A stretch of DNA of 64,000 nucleotides from Lentisphaerota bacterium (GTDB taxonomy: Bacteria > Verrucomicrobiota > Lentisphaeria > Oligosphaerales > JABHEG01): contig JABHEG010000146.1 of assembly GCA_018676675.1 (NCBI GenBank), positions 1,207 through 65,206 on the forward strand. Reading direction: 5' to 3'. Made by a program: the position numbers and the translations under genes. Numbering within the stretch: position 1 is the stretch's first letter; every line of letters begins with the position of its first letter. Under the pieces are notes generated by a model that saw nothing but the letters and a program-made list of their open reading frames with translations, was not told where the DNA came from and searched no databases. Below are positions 28,277 through 37,488 of the stretch, one piece after another.

Positions 28277-30196
28277 ATGGACAGACGAACCTTCACCCAA
28301 CTGGCCGTGACAACCGGCATCGCGGCGGCAACTCCCGCCTCTCTGGCCGCCGCCGAGCCCACCAAGCCCAACCTGGTGATCATCCACACGGACGAGCATA
28401 ATTTCCGTACCCTCGGCTGTTACCGTGAGCAGCTGTCGGCGGACCAAGCCTTTGTCTGGGGTAAAGGTGTGAAGGTGGATACGCCGCACATCGACTCGCT
28501 GGCCCGCGATGGGGCACTGTGCACCAGCTACTACGCTGCTTCACCGGTTTGCACGCCCTCACGGGCATCGCTCATCTCCGGACTCTACCCGCAGGCGACC
28601 GGGGCCCCCACCAATAACCTCCATCTCAATGACGATGTGGTTACGTTCGCCGAGATTCTCAGACGCAATGGTTACGCCACCTCCTACGTGGGCAAATGGC
28701 ACCTCGATGGAACGGCCAAACCCGGGTTCGCCCCCAAACGGAAATTCGGCTTCAGTGACAACCGCTACATGTTTAACCGTGGGCACTGGAAGCAGCTGGA
28801 AGACACACCGGATGGTCCACGCGTGAAGGCTCGCGATGGCAAGGACAAGCCCAGCTACAACGTCGCCGGAGCAGATGAGACGTCCTTCGCCACCGATTTC
28901 CTGACCGACCGCACGATCGAGATCATCAAGCGGGACAAGGGCAAGCCGTTTTGTGTGCTCCTGTCGCTCCCCGATCCACACGGGCCGAATACCGTTCGTC
29001 CTCCCTATGACACCATGTACGAGAAAATGGTCTTCGAGAACCCCCGCACCATGGATGTGGATGACGCGACGATGCCGAAGTGGGTGACCCTGGGACGCAA
29101 GAACGTCGCGAGGAACCTGAACCAGAAACAGATGGCCCAGTATTTCGGCACGGTGCGGTGCATCGACGACAATGTCGGCAAGATCCTGGATTACCTCAAG
29201 AGTCAGGACCTGGCGAAGAGCACCATCGTGGTCTTCACCTCCGACCACGGCGACCTGATGGGAGAGCACAAGAAGCACAACAAGGGACTTCCCTACGAGA
29301 CGTCGGCCGGGATTCCGTTCGTGATCCGCTATCCCGGGAAGATCCGGCCAGGGAAGATCATCCACACCGCCTACACGAACGCGGACTTCGCCCCGACCAT
29401 TCTCAGCATGATGGGCTACGCAGGGCAACTGCCGGGATGCCATGGCAGCGATACCGCGGCGGATTTCCTCGGGCCGGACACTCAGGTCTGTGACGACAGG
29501 ATTACGTACTTCACCAACGCGGGGAGTCGCTGGGTGGCTGCGGTCAACCATCGCTACAAGCTTGTCCTCTCCCGGAACGACCGCCCCTGGCTGTTCGATC
29601 TGCAGAAGGACCCCGACGAACTGACCAACTTCATCAACCATCCGGAGTACGCTGAGACCGCCAAGAGGTTCATCAACCATCTCGTTGCAGCTCTCAAGCA
29701 ATACAGTGACCGTGTCCTGGATGGGCCGGATCTTATCACCGACCCCAACGGCCAGCCCGCACCTGAGGCCCCCGACAAGCGGAAGAAGAACGCTCCATCG
29801 GCCAATAGGATACTCAAGCCTCAGGACGAGGCGGCGACCGGCCACCTGATTGATGCGGCCGATCTCGAAGAGGACGCCTCCGGAGCCAAACCGAGGGCCT
29901 GGACGCGAGCCCTGACGGTTCCTCCCGGCAGCTTCGCAGCCAACACAACCTACGAACTCACCATCGACTGGGAGTCCAAAGGCTTGAGGGGGAAGGCTGA
30001 TTTCTTTGCCAACTTCATCTGCGATGGGCCGGGCGGACGCAAGAAGCAGTTGGCCACCTGGAAGGGCGACGTCGGCAAGACAGGGACGCTCACCAAGGAG
30101 CTCGCCACCGATGGATCAGAGAAGTGGACACTGGCCGTCGGGGTCAGAGGAAGCGGTCATCTCATCGTCAAACGGATTCGCATCAAGAGGAAGTAA
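28277..30196 (+). CDS. Tat-exported Cys-type sulfatase with a C-terminal beta-sandwich domain
   Basis: DRRTF; IHTDEH; CTPSR; GKWHLDG; PDPHGP; SDHGD; AAGGAG RBS. Confidence 0.92.
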   Translation: MDRRTFTQLAVTTGIAAATPASLAAAEPTKPNLVIIHTDEHNFRTLGCYREQLSADQAFVWGKGVKVDTPHIDSLARDGALCTSYYAASPVCTPSRASLISGLYPQATGAPTNNLHLNDDVVTFAEILRRNGYATSYVGKWHLDGTAKPGFAPKRKFGFSDNRYMFNRGHWKQLEDTPDGPRVKARDGKDKPSYNVAGADETSFATDFLTDRTIEIIKRDKGKPFCVLLSLPDPHGPNTVRPPYDTMYEKMVFENPRTMDVDDATMPKWVTLGRKNVARNLNQKQMAQYFGTVRCIDDNVGKILDYLKSQDLAKSTIVVFTSDHGDLMGEHKKHNKGLPYETSAGIPFVIRYPGKIRPGKIIHTAYTNADFAPTILSMMGYAGQLPGCHGSDTAADFLGPDTQVCDDRITYFTNAGSRWVAAVNHRYKLVLSRNDRPWLFDLQKDPDELTNFINHPEYAETAKRFINHLVAALKQYSDRVLDGPDLITDPNGQPAPEAPDKRKKNAPSANRILKPQDEAATGHLIDAADLEEDASGAKPRAWTRALTVPPGSFAANTTYELTIDWESKGLRGKADFFANFICDGPGGRKKQLATWKGDVGKTGTLTKELATDGSEKWTLAVGVRGSGHLIVKRIRIKRK

Positions 30197-30200
30197 CAGT

Positions 30201-31781
30201 ATGGCCAACCCTCCCCTCCCCAACGTAGTCTACATCTATGGTGATGACCTGGGCCGCGGCCTCCTGTCGTGCTACGGGCAGACGCGGTTCCAAACGCCCA
30301 ACATTGACCGAATTGCGGCCGAAGGCGTGCGTTTCACGCGGTCCTACGGCTGTGTCTTTTGCGCTCCGGCCCGGGCCAGCCTGCTGCTTGGGCGGCACGA
30401 CTGCCATGCGGGGCGTTGGTCGTTCACCACCGCCGGCATCTACCAGATGATCCACACAGGCGAGATGGCCTACGACGACATCCGCGAGGTCATCAATAAC
30501 ACCGGTATCCAAGCTGCCGAGGACGACGTTTTCCTGCCCCAGCTCTTCCAGCGGACGGGCTACGTCACGGGCCAGGTAGGCAAGCTTGAGTGGGGCTTTG
30601 CCACCACGCCGGAGCGAATGCGCCGTCACGGCTGGGACTACCATTACGGTTACTATGACCATCGCATGTGTCATGGCTTCTATCCTGCCTATATGTTCGA
30701 GAACGGAGAGCAGGTCGATATCCCCGGCAACACCCGGGTGGACTGTGGGAAGAACCCAACCGGTGACACTCCGGAGAACCGCGCGTTGCGGCGGGATCGT
30801 ACGGGTAAGGCGGCCTATTCCCAGGACCTCTTTGATGACAAGGCCGTCGCGTTTCTCCGCGAAAACCGCAGCAAGCCCTTCTTCCTCTACCTGCCATCGC
30901 AGCTGCCACACGGACCGATCGATGTTCCCGCCATCGATCCCGCGGTTGCCGGACACCCTGAACTGACCGAATACGAGCAGGAGTACGCCAGCATGGTCCT
31001 TCGCCTTGACCAGAGCGTTGGGCGGATCCTGGACGAGCTGGATGCCCTCGGTCTCACAGACAACACAATCGTCCTGTTCAGCTCAGACAACGGACACACC
31101 ATCTACTACCCGTGCGAGGGCCGGACAGGCACACCCCAGACGACCAAAGCCGGCGAGAAACTGAATAACATCACGACGCGTTTTACCACAGAACTGTGCG
31201 GCGATGTGTTCAACGGCAACGATGGCATGTCGGGACTCAAGACGACCAACTGGGAAGGTGGACCCCGTATTCCGTATCTGGTCCGCTGGCCGGGTGTCAG
31301 CGCTCCGGGGAGCGTGTCTGATCACATGTTTGCCAACTACGACCTCTTCGCCACCTTTGCAGAACTCCTGAGTCAGCCCGTTCCCCCTGAGAAGGACAGT
31401 GTCTCCCTCCTGCCCACGCTGCGTGGCGATCCGCAGCATCAGCGCAAGCACGACCACATCGTGTACGCATCGTTCACCCATGGCGGCGCTTTGGTCACGG
31501 ACGACGGCTGGAAGCTGAGGCACATCGGCGTCAACGACACCTGCCAGCTCTACTTCCTGCCCGACGATTACCGCGAGGAGAACGATCTGGCCGACACGTA
31601 CCCGGATAGGGTCGTCGAACTCAGGGCCAAACTCGTGGACGAGTGCGAGGGAGACCTGGCCAACGGCCACATCGGCGCTCATAGACCCCCGTACGCCAAT
31701 GAAGCCGTTCAGGATTTCATCTCCCGCCCGTTCACGCCGGAGGAGGCCATCCGGAAAGCCCGGGAGATGGCATCCGGGTAA
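30201..31781 (+). CDS. Cys-type arylsulfatase (no signal peptide)
   Basis: PNVVYIYGDDLG; CAPAR; QLPHGP; SSDNG; WEGG.RIP. Confidence 0.9.
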   Translation: MANPPLPNVVYIYGDDLGRGLLSCYGQTRFQTPNIDRIAAEGVRFTRSYGCVFCAPARASLLLGRHDCHAGRWSFTTAGIYQMIHTGEMAYDDIREVINNTGIQAAEDDVFLPQLFQRTGYVTGQVGKLEWGFATTPERMRRHGWDYHYGYYDHRMCHGFYPAYMFENGEQVDIPGNTRVDCGKNPTGDTPENRALRRDRTGKAAYSQDLFDDKAVAFLRENRSKPFFLYLPSQLPHGPIDVPAIDPAVAGHPELTEYEQEYASMVLRLDQSVGRILDELDALGLTDNTIVLFSSDNGHTIYYPCEGRTGTPQTTKAGEKLNNITTRFTTELCGDVFNGNDGMSGLKTTNWEGGPRIPYLVRWPGVSAPGSVSDHMFANYDLFATFAELLSQPVPPEKDSVSLLPTLRGDPQHQRKHDHIVYASFTHGGALVTDDGWKLRHIGVNDTCQLYFLPDDYREENDLADTYPDRVVELRAKLVDECEGDLANGHIGAHRPPYANEAVQDFISRPFTPEEAIRKAREMASG

Positions 31782-31820
31782 GCGTTGACCACGAACGGGT
31801 TATGCCCCCAGCATGGCGGC

Positions 31821-31856
31821 GTTTGTCGTGAGGTGCGTAGAGCAGCGGAGTGCCGT
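31821..31856 (+). repeat. GTAG repeat family copy (diverged)
   Basis: gtttgtcgtgaggtgcgtagagcagcggagtgccgt, closest to the inverted copy at 4655-4691; between convergent genes. Confidence 0.7.
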
Positions 31857-31886
31857 CTTCCCTGCCTATCTCAGCGCCATTCCGGG

Positions 31887-34670
31887 CTACTTCTGCTCTT
31901 CGACGACCGGCCATCCGTTGCGAAAGGCGTCGGCCACGCCCGATGGGGAAAGGGCGGCGGCATGGAGTCGGATTGGGCCGATATCCCCCCGGTAGCGTCG
32001 GCCGCCACCATAGGCCCAACCGATGTGGTATTTGGTCCCGACCATGAAGAACTCGAAGCCGGGCGTTTCCGGGTCGTACTCAGCTTCGCCTGTAGGTTCA
32101 CCGTCGATGTACAGGACGACCTTGCCGTCCTTGTGCGTCGTGACAATGTGCAGCCACGTGTTGCAGGGCACGCGCTTCTCGATGCGGACCTCGCCCGTGC
32201 CGTGCCAGCGATCCTCAGGCAGTCGTCGGTCATTCTGATAGTACAGCAAGCACGTCCCATCGGTTGCGTTGAAGCGGCGGAACTCAAGTCGTGCGTTCCA
32301 GCGGAAGTTCAGCAGGGACATGGTTGCCCCGGTGGGCGACAGTTGCGGCCGGGCCCAGAACTCATACGAGAAGGACTCCAACGGGAACAGCGTCTTGATC
32401 TGACCCACGGGCGCTTTGTAGTCCAACGGTAACAGGCGCGGCTTGAGCGGGATTGTTGCCCCGTCCTCCTCGCCGTCAAAGCGCAGGAAACCACGTCCGT
32501 TCTCCTGCAGCCACTGCGGGCTGCCCTCAAGCATGAGGTGGTGCCCGTTGTGACTCACGTCATAGACGCCTCTGGTCGCTTCGGCATCCATCGGCAGGTC
32601 GATGAGAACGTCGTTTCGGGTCACGAGGTCGGTGGGGACAGGTCTCGGGGTCTGGTCCGGGGTCTGGTCGGGGGCCAGAGCTGAGACCGCCACGTCGTCA
32701 AGCCAGACGCAGCCGGCTCCGTCGAGCTCGAACACAACGTTCGTGCAATCGCGTTTCTTGAAGACATCGGTGATGAAGGAGAACCGCGTCCATTCAGTGT
32801 CACCCCGGGCATCCATGTAGAAGATCTGTTCGGGCTTGTCGCTGTATGAGTATGCCGTTCTCAGCTGCAGTCCTCGCCCGGTGACGCCTCTCGATCTGCA
32901 CCATCCACGTACCCACCAACGTTCTGCATTTGCCTCAATGGCATGTTGATAGATCTGGACCCAGCCCTTGCCGGGGCCGTCGATGCGCAGCGAATGGGAA
33001 TCTCTCCGCCCAACTCCGGCATCCACTTTGGCGTCACGCCAGACCGTCATCGACTTGGGGTCGGGTCGAGTGGATGTCTCGGCAAAGGTGCTTCCCGCCG
33101 GGTTGAACACCGCGAACGCCTCGGCATGCTCGGCCACCTCCGGAGAGACTGTGGAGGCCGCAAATATCTTTCGGGCCTCGGACATGGGCATGCCGGTCAT
33201 GGTGACGCTGAAACGGCGTTCGTGACCTGGGAGGACGGGGTCACCGTTGCCGGTTTCGCGGTGATGGAAGTCGTAACCCCAGTGGCAGAGGCCCAACTCG
33301 AAACGACGTTTCGGGTCACGTTCCCAATCAAGACCAAGCTCGAATGTCGGACATGCGCCGGAGTCGGGATAGAGGAGATTCGTGAATTTGCCCCAGCGTG
33401 TCTCCCGATTGGCACATGGGGCCAAGTGGTCGATCAGAGGATAGCGATACCATTTGAGGTCCGGGGCCTGGTAGAGGTGCCAACGGTGCTCGGCCGCATT
33501 CCAGCGGTAGGTGACTTCCGGGCCGGGCGGACGGTTGTTTTGGGTCAGCGGATCGATCAGTTCGAACGCGTTTATCTTGAACGGTCCCTCGGAGGTGAAG
33601 GTGAGATGGGTCTTGTACTCGTATCGGTAGACCCCCCGTACCTCGTCGAAGCGCACGACACACTGGTGTTCGGCTTTGGCTGTGTCCGGGCGGTTGGTGT
33701 CAAAGGCCATGTGCAGCTGCTCGCCTGTCCGGCTGACGCGGAGGGCATCGGGAAGCTCGCCAACCAGGGGCAACACGCCATGGCCCGGGCCCGGTGTGAT
33801 TGCAGGCCCGTACCACGTGTAATACGATGGCCGGTTCCCCGGCTTGAGTTTGATGTTGCCGATGGTGAGGGCGCCGACATTGCCGCGAGTGGCCTTGTGA
33901 AAGCGCGCGATCGGCTCGAACCCGTCAAAGAGAATGGCGTGTTCGCCGTCCTGTTCGAAGTGGAAGTCCGGCTGGTGTTTCGGCGGCGTGAGCGGGACCG
34001 GGGACAATGGGGTCACGGCGTATCTGTCTATGGTGACGTCACTGCGCCAGACGGAAAGCCCCATCTGCCCTTCTGTGTGCGGCAAGTTGCGGTCCCAGTA
34101 GTCCAGGACCTTTTCTCCATCAAGTGTGGCGACGATGTGTGCCCCTCGGCTGACGACGTCGAGTCGGTGAGCTGCTCCGACCGTGACCGGGCACTTGGCG
34201 AATTGCAGGAATTCGCCAAGTGAGTCCCAGAGCGCCAGTTCCTTGCGGTGTCCTGAAAGGCTGAGTCGGTAGTGGTTCAACGGGCCCCGGTATCGCAACA
34301 CGAGACCGACATCCCATCCGGAGACGTTCTCGGCGTAGTGGTAGCCCCAGCGGTACGTGCTTATGGGGGGGAGACGACGCGGTTGCTTCGCGCTTGAGTT
34401 GATGGTGAAGTCCACGGTGACGCGCGTATCCGGGCTCTGATCCCCAGGCAGCAGGCGCGTGTCCCAGCAGTTGGCTTTGCCTCGGATGGTCAGTCGTCCG
34501 TCCTGCTCGAGCCATTCAGCGGGGGTGGGGTGCAGCCCGATTGACGTATCCATTGACTGCGCGCGAGTCCAGGTCTCCAGCGGCACGGTCGACCACGCGC
34601 CCTCCGCGGCTATGGCGGTCAGCAGGACGCACACCGGAACGGCCATCAGCCGCAGCGTTTTCTCCGTCAT
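31887..34670 (-). CDS. Secreted multi-domain protein (DUF1080-like, unknown core, CBM-like, C-terminal LamG)
   Basis: GLVLRY....NHY...GQMGL; VWLDDVAV; WLHIVTT.....VLYIDG...GDIGPIRL...ALS; GGAGG RBS. Confidence 0.72.
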   Translation of the reverse strand: MTEKTLRLMAVPVCVLLTAIAAEGAWSTVPLETWTRAQSMDTSIGLHPTPAEWLEQDGRLTIRGKANCWDTRLLPGDQSPDTRVTVDFTINSSAKQPRRLPPISTYRWGYHYAENVSGWDVGLVLRYRGPLNHYRLSLSGHRKELALWDSLGEFLQFAKCPVTVGAAHRLDVVSRGAHIVATLDGEKVLDYWDRNLPHTEGQMGLSVWRSDVTIDRYAVTPLSPVPLTPPKHQPDFHFEQDGEHAILFDGFEPIARFHKATRGNVGALTIGNIKLKPGNRPSYYTWYGPAITPGPGHGVLPLVGELPDALRVSRTGEQLHMAFDTNRPDTAKAEHQCVVRFDEVRGVYRYEYKTHLTFTSEGPFKINAFELIDPLTQNNRPPGPEVTYRWNAAEHRWHLYQAPDLKWYRYPLIDHLAPCANRETRWGKFTNLLYPDSGACPTFELGLDWERDPKRRFELGLCHWGYDFHHRETGNGDPVLPGHERRFSVTMTGMPMSEARKIFAASTVSPEVAEHAEAFAVFNPAGSTFAETSTRPDPKSMTVWRDAKVDAGVGRRDSHSLRIDGPGKGWVQIYQHAIEANAERWWVRGWCRSRGVTGRGLQLRTAYSYSDKPEQIFYMDARGDTEWTRFSFITDVFKKRDCTNVVFELDGAGCVWLDDVAVSALAPDQTPDQTPRPVPTDLVTRNDVLIDLPMDAEATRGVYDVSHNGHHLMLEGSPQWLQENGRGFLRFDGEEDGATIPLKPRLLPLDYKAPVGQIKTLFPLESFSYEFWARPQLSPTGATMSLLNFRWNARLEFRRFNATDGTCLLYYQNDRRLPEDRWHGTGEVRIEKRVPCNTWLHIVTTHKDGKVVLYIDGEPTGEAEYDPETPGFEFFMVGTKYHIGWAYGGGRRYRGDIGPIRLHAAALSPSGVADAFRNGWPVVEEQK

Positions 34671-34696
34671 CAGTTCGTTCCTCCGTTGGGAAACGT

Positions 34697-37090
34697 TCAC
34701 TCCACTTCGAGAACGGCGGGAGCGGGCCCTGAGCGCCTTGTCGCGACAACGACCCGAGCCGAACTCGTCAAAGCGGGTCCTGACGTCGGGGCGATCTGCA
34801 TTGGGCCCGGGCCTGTCCGGATCGCGATCAGCGCATCGTCCAGTACGATTGCCACGCCGTTCGTGCAGGGAATTGAGACAGGTGGCTCTGGCGGAGCTGT
34901 CGCGTCGCCGATGCTGATGGCCATCGCGATAGTCGCCTGTTCCAGCGGAGCCGTGTCGTATTGCACCAGCGCAATGTCAGCGTTCTCCGGGGTGAGGTCT
35001 CGCGTCGGGTGGATGAACTGCGGGCGGTATGTCTGCTCGGAGACACTGAGCTCCCCGGTTCCCAGCGGATGGAGCCGGCAACGAGCGTCACCTACCGCGA
35101 GGACACGATCGTTCCCCTCGGGTGTGCTCTCTCCCCAGTGATGAAGGAGCCAGCTGAAGGTTCGAGGTGCGTCAGCCCCAAGGCGGTCGTAAACCAGTGC
35201 CAGGTCAGGACCTGCGACGACGAGGGTGCGTTCGAACCGTCTCAGCCCCAGTTCGGCAGGGTACGCGCTCGTCGCGTCGCCTGTCACCACGACCATGTCG
35301 TTTTTGTGCGCGAAAGCGGTGATGTGGGCACGCCCGGGCTGGGGCCTGGGCCACATCTCTCCGTCCCCGTACTGACCTTTGCCGTCGACCAGGATGGTGT
35401 TGTGGTTCCGGGTCTCTTTCTTGTAGGTGTACCCGGGGTCCGCCGCCAGGACTTCGCCCCGGCCGAAGAGCAGGAAATGCCCTTGTGCCGGATGGTTGTG
35501 GCCGGTCCCGCCGATCCCGAAGCGATCACATAGCTCAGCATACCGATGCCCCCCGAGAGGGCGGCAGACAAAGGCAGCGTAGGTGGCATCGGCATCCCAG
35601 GATGTGCGAGCAAACGCCGTATCGATATCCGGATAGTGCTGAGCCAGCGGGATCCGCGCGAGTGGATTCGCGGCGGGGTTGAGTTCCTCGTCGTACCACA
35701 GCAGCGCCAGCTTACTCGAAGACGGCCCCCGGGAAAGGCAAGCGGCGGCTCCCTGAAGAACTGGGTTGGAGAACCGTTGCGCCTCCCAGCGGTAGAGAGC
35801 CGGTGACGACGTCTTGATATGGACTTTCGTGTCCTCGAGTGGGGCACTCTCATGGAGCCCCGGCAGAACGTGATGGATCCGGAATGTCCCTTGACCGGCC
35901 AATCCGGCATCCATTCCGGGAACGCCTCTCCCGGTCAGCGACTCGTAGAGGTCCACGTACATGTAGAGGGTCGGCATGCTGAAGTCCCAATAGGCGGGGC
36001 CTTCATGGAAACCGCCGTCAGTACTGAAGGACAATGCGATGCGCTCAAAGCGGTCCCATGACCACGCCAGCCACTGGTCAGCGACCGGGTTGTCCCCCAC
36101 GAGTGCCGCCGCCCCGAGGGTCAGGGCCAGGTGGGCAAACCAATAGTGGTTTTGCTGGAACGAGTGTCCACCGCCCGTTTTACCTGCGAGGGAGGCCGTG
36201 TAAAGCTCCCCGCAGAGCTCGGCGATCCGCACTCCAAGCCGTTGTCGGAGGTCCGCAGGCAGCTCGCCGTGCAGCCAGTCATAGGCGAGGGCAATTCCCT
36301 CCATGAAGTACTCTGCATCCAAATCCACACCTACATCACCATAGGTGGTCGCCATCTCCAGCCATTCCATGATGGCATCCAGGTCCCTGGGTACGGGCGT
36401 GATCATGTAGGCGAGAACGTGGTCGCCGAGGCGACGGAAGGCACTGCCATTGCGTTTCCCGGGGCGGTACTTGGGCGGCTTCCGCAGACTCTTCGGGGGA
36501 GTGTAGATCGCCTGGATCTTCGGGGTAGATGCAGTGGACCGGAGTTGCTCCAGACAAGCGCGGTTCAGAAGCAGGCGCGGACGCTGGCTCCTCAGAGAGG
36601 CAAGCATGGGCGGAAGAACGGTGGACGGAGCGATTCGGCTGAGCGAGGCCGAGAGGATGCGGCTCCCGGGGCCCTCGCGCAATGACAGCACAATATCAGC
36701 CTTCCCTTCGGCCGGCATCGGCACTGTAATAGATGTCATCCCGATACGCCCAACCGGAGGCACCAGGAGCTGGGGAAGGCGTTCGCCATTCAGATCGACG
36801 AAAAAGGAATCCGTACCCCGGTTCGGGGCCGTGCATACCACGTCCAGTCGGCAATGGCCCGAAGCCGCGGCGATGGAGACGACCAGTCGGAACCCGTCGC
36901 CGGTCTGCAAAGCCGTCTGCCCATCAATCTCGACAACTTGAGCCCCCGTACTGAGTCTGGCGAGGCCCTCAGCCCTTGCGGTCCAGAGGGACTGGAGCTC
37001 CAGGTTCGGCGTGTCCAGCAGGTTGTCGACCGACGCCCCGCTGTAGGGCCCGATCGCTGCCGCCGCAAGCATTGCCATGGCTACTCCCAT
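34697..37090 (-). CDS. Secreted heparinase II/III-family (DUF4962-type) polysaccharide lyase
   Basis: RPRLL, ALAYDWL, QNH, DGGFHEGPAYW, RTSW, GHNHP.QGHF, DPGY and HNTILVDGKGQ. Confidence 0.85.
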   Translation of the reverse strand: MGVAMAMLAAAAIGPYSGASVDNLLDTPNLELQSLWTARAEGLARLSTGAQVVEIDGQTALQTGDGFRLVVSIAAASGHCRLDVVCTAPNRGTDSFFVDLNGERLPQLLVPPVGRIGMTSITVPMPAEGKADIVLSLREGPGSRILSASLSRIAPSTVLPPMLASLRSQRPRLLLNRACLEQLRSTASTPKIQAIYTPPKSLRKPPKYRPGKRNGSAFRRLGDHVLAYMITPVPRDLDAIMEWLEMATTYGDVGVDLDAEYFMEGIALAYDWLHGELPADLRQRLGVRIAELCGELYTASLAGKTGGGHSFQQNHYWFAHLALTLGAAALVGDNPVADQWLAWSWDRFERIALSFSTDGGFHEGPAYWDFSMPTLYMYVDLYESLTGRGVPGMDAGLAGQGTFRIHHVLPGLHESAPLEDTKVHIKTSSPALYRWEAQRFSNPVLQGAAACLSRGPSSSKLALLWYDEELNPAANPLARIPLAQHYPDIDTAFARTSWDADATYAAFVCRPLGGHRYAELCDRFGIGGTGHNHPAQGHFLLFGRGEVLAADPGYTYKKETRNHNTILVDGKGQYGDGEMWPRPQPGRAHITAFAHKNDMVVVTGDATSAYPAELGLRRFERTLVVAGPDLALVYDRLGADAPRTFSWLLHHWGESTPEGNDRVLAVGDARCRLHPLGTGELSVSEQTYRPQFIHPTRDLTPENADIALVQYDTAPLEQATIAMAISIGDATAPPEPPVSIPCTNGVAIVLDDALIAIRTGPGPMQIAPTSGPALTSSARVVVATRRSGPAPAVLEVE

Positions 37091-37235
37091 CTGTTCTGTC
37101 CTTTCGGGTGGAGACGAGGCGCAAGCTCCAGAATGACCAGTGCCGCAATGTACTTCTGCTCCGGAGGGTTATCTTCCGGCCGTCTGCGAACGGGTTCGCC
37201 AGCCCTAGCAGAGGGTGTAGCTGCCCACGTCTCCT

Positions 37236-37338
37236 TGGAGGTCCGATGTCCTCAGCGGCCGGCTTCGGAGACCGTTGGCCTCTCTCAGCCACGGTCGTCG
37301 AGGCTTGCCCTGCTGAAGAGAAGGGACGCCGACCCTCC
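37236..37338. repeat. Imperfect inverted repeat with a short palindromic insert in its right arm
   Basis: Left arm tggaggtccgatgtcctcagcggccg; right arm cggtcgtcgag[gcttgccctgctgaagagaagg]gacgccgacctcca. Confidence 0.5.
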
Positions 37339-37488
37339 AGGGGGGCGTGCGGACGGCTCAGAACCAACGTCGCATAGCGTTTCTCCCATGCTCAAATCGG
37401 GGTAGTTACACACAAGGCCTCAGGCGGGGAAATTCCCCTCCGGAGACCTGAACACTGAGACCTCAGACCAACCCCAAAGGAGAGATAC

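Noticed and set aside
28559-29845. 428-aa minus-strand ORF
   Set aside because: Antisense shadow of the sulfatase gene.
4585-31856. Repeat family as a CRISPR array or integron attC sites
   Set aside because: The copies are dispersed, not regularly spaced, and occur in both orientations. There are no cas or intI genes, no consistent RYYYAAC/GTTRRRY ends, and the flanking genes are not co-oriented.
32943-34223. 426-aa plus-strand ORF
   Set aside because: Antisense shadow of the LamG protein gene.
37444-37471. Degenerate heptamer run (agacctg/aacactg/agacctc/agaccaa), and ctagatacg x2 at 51957-51974
   Set aside because: Too short to assign a function; noted only as simple tandem repeats in divergent intergenic regions.
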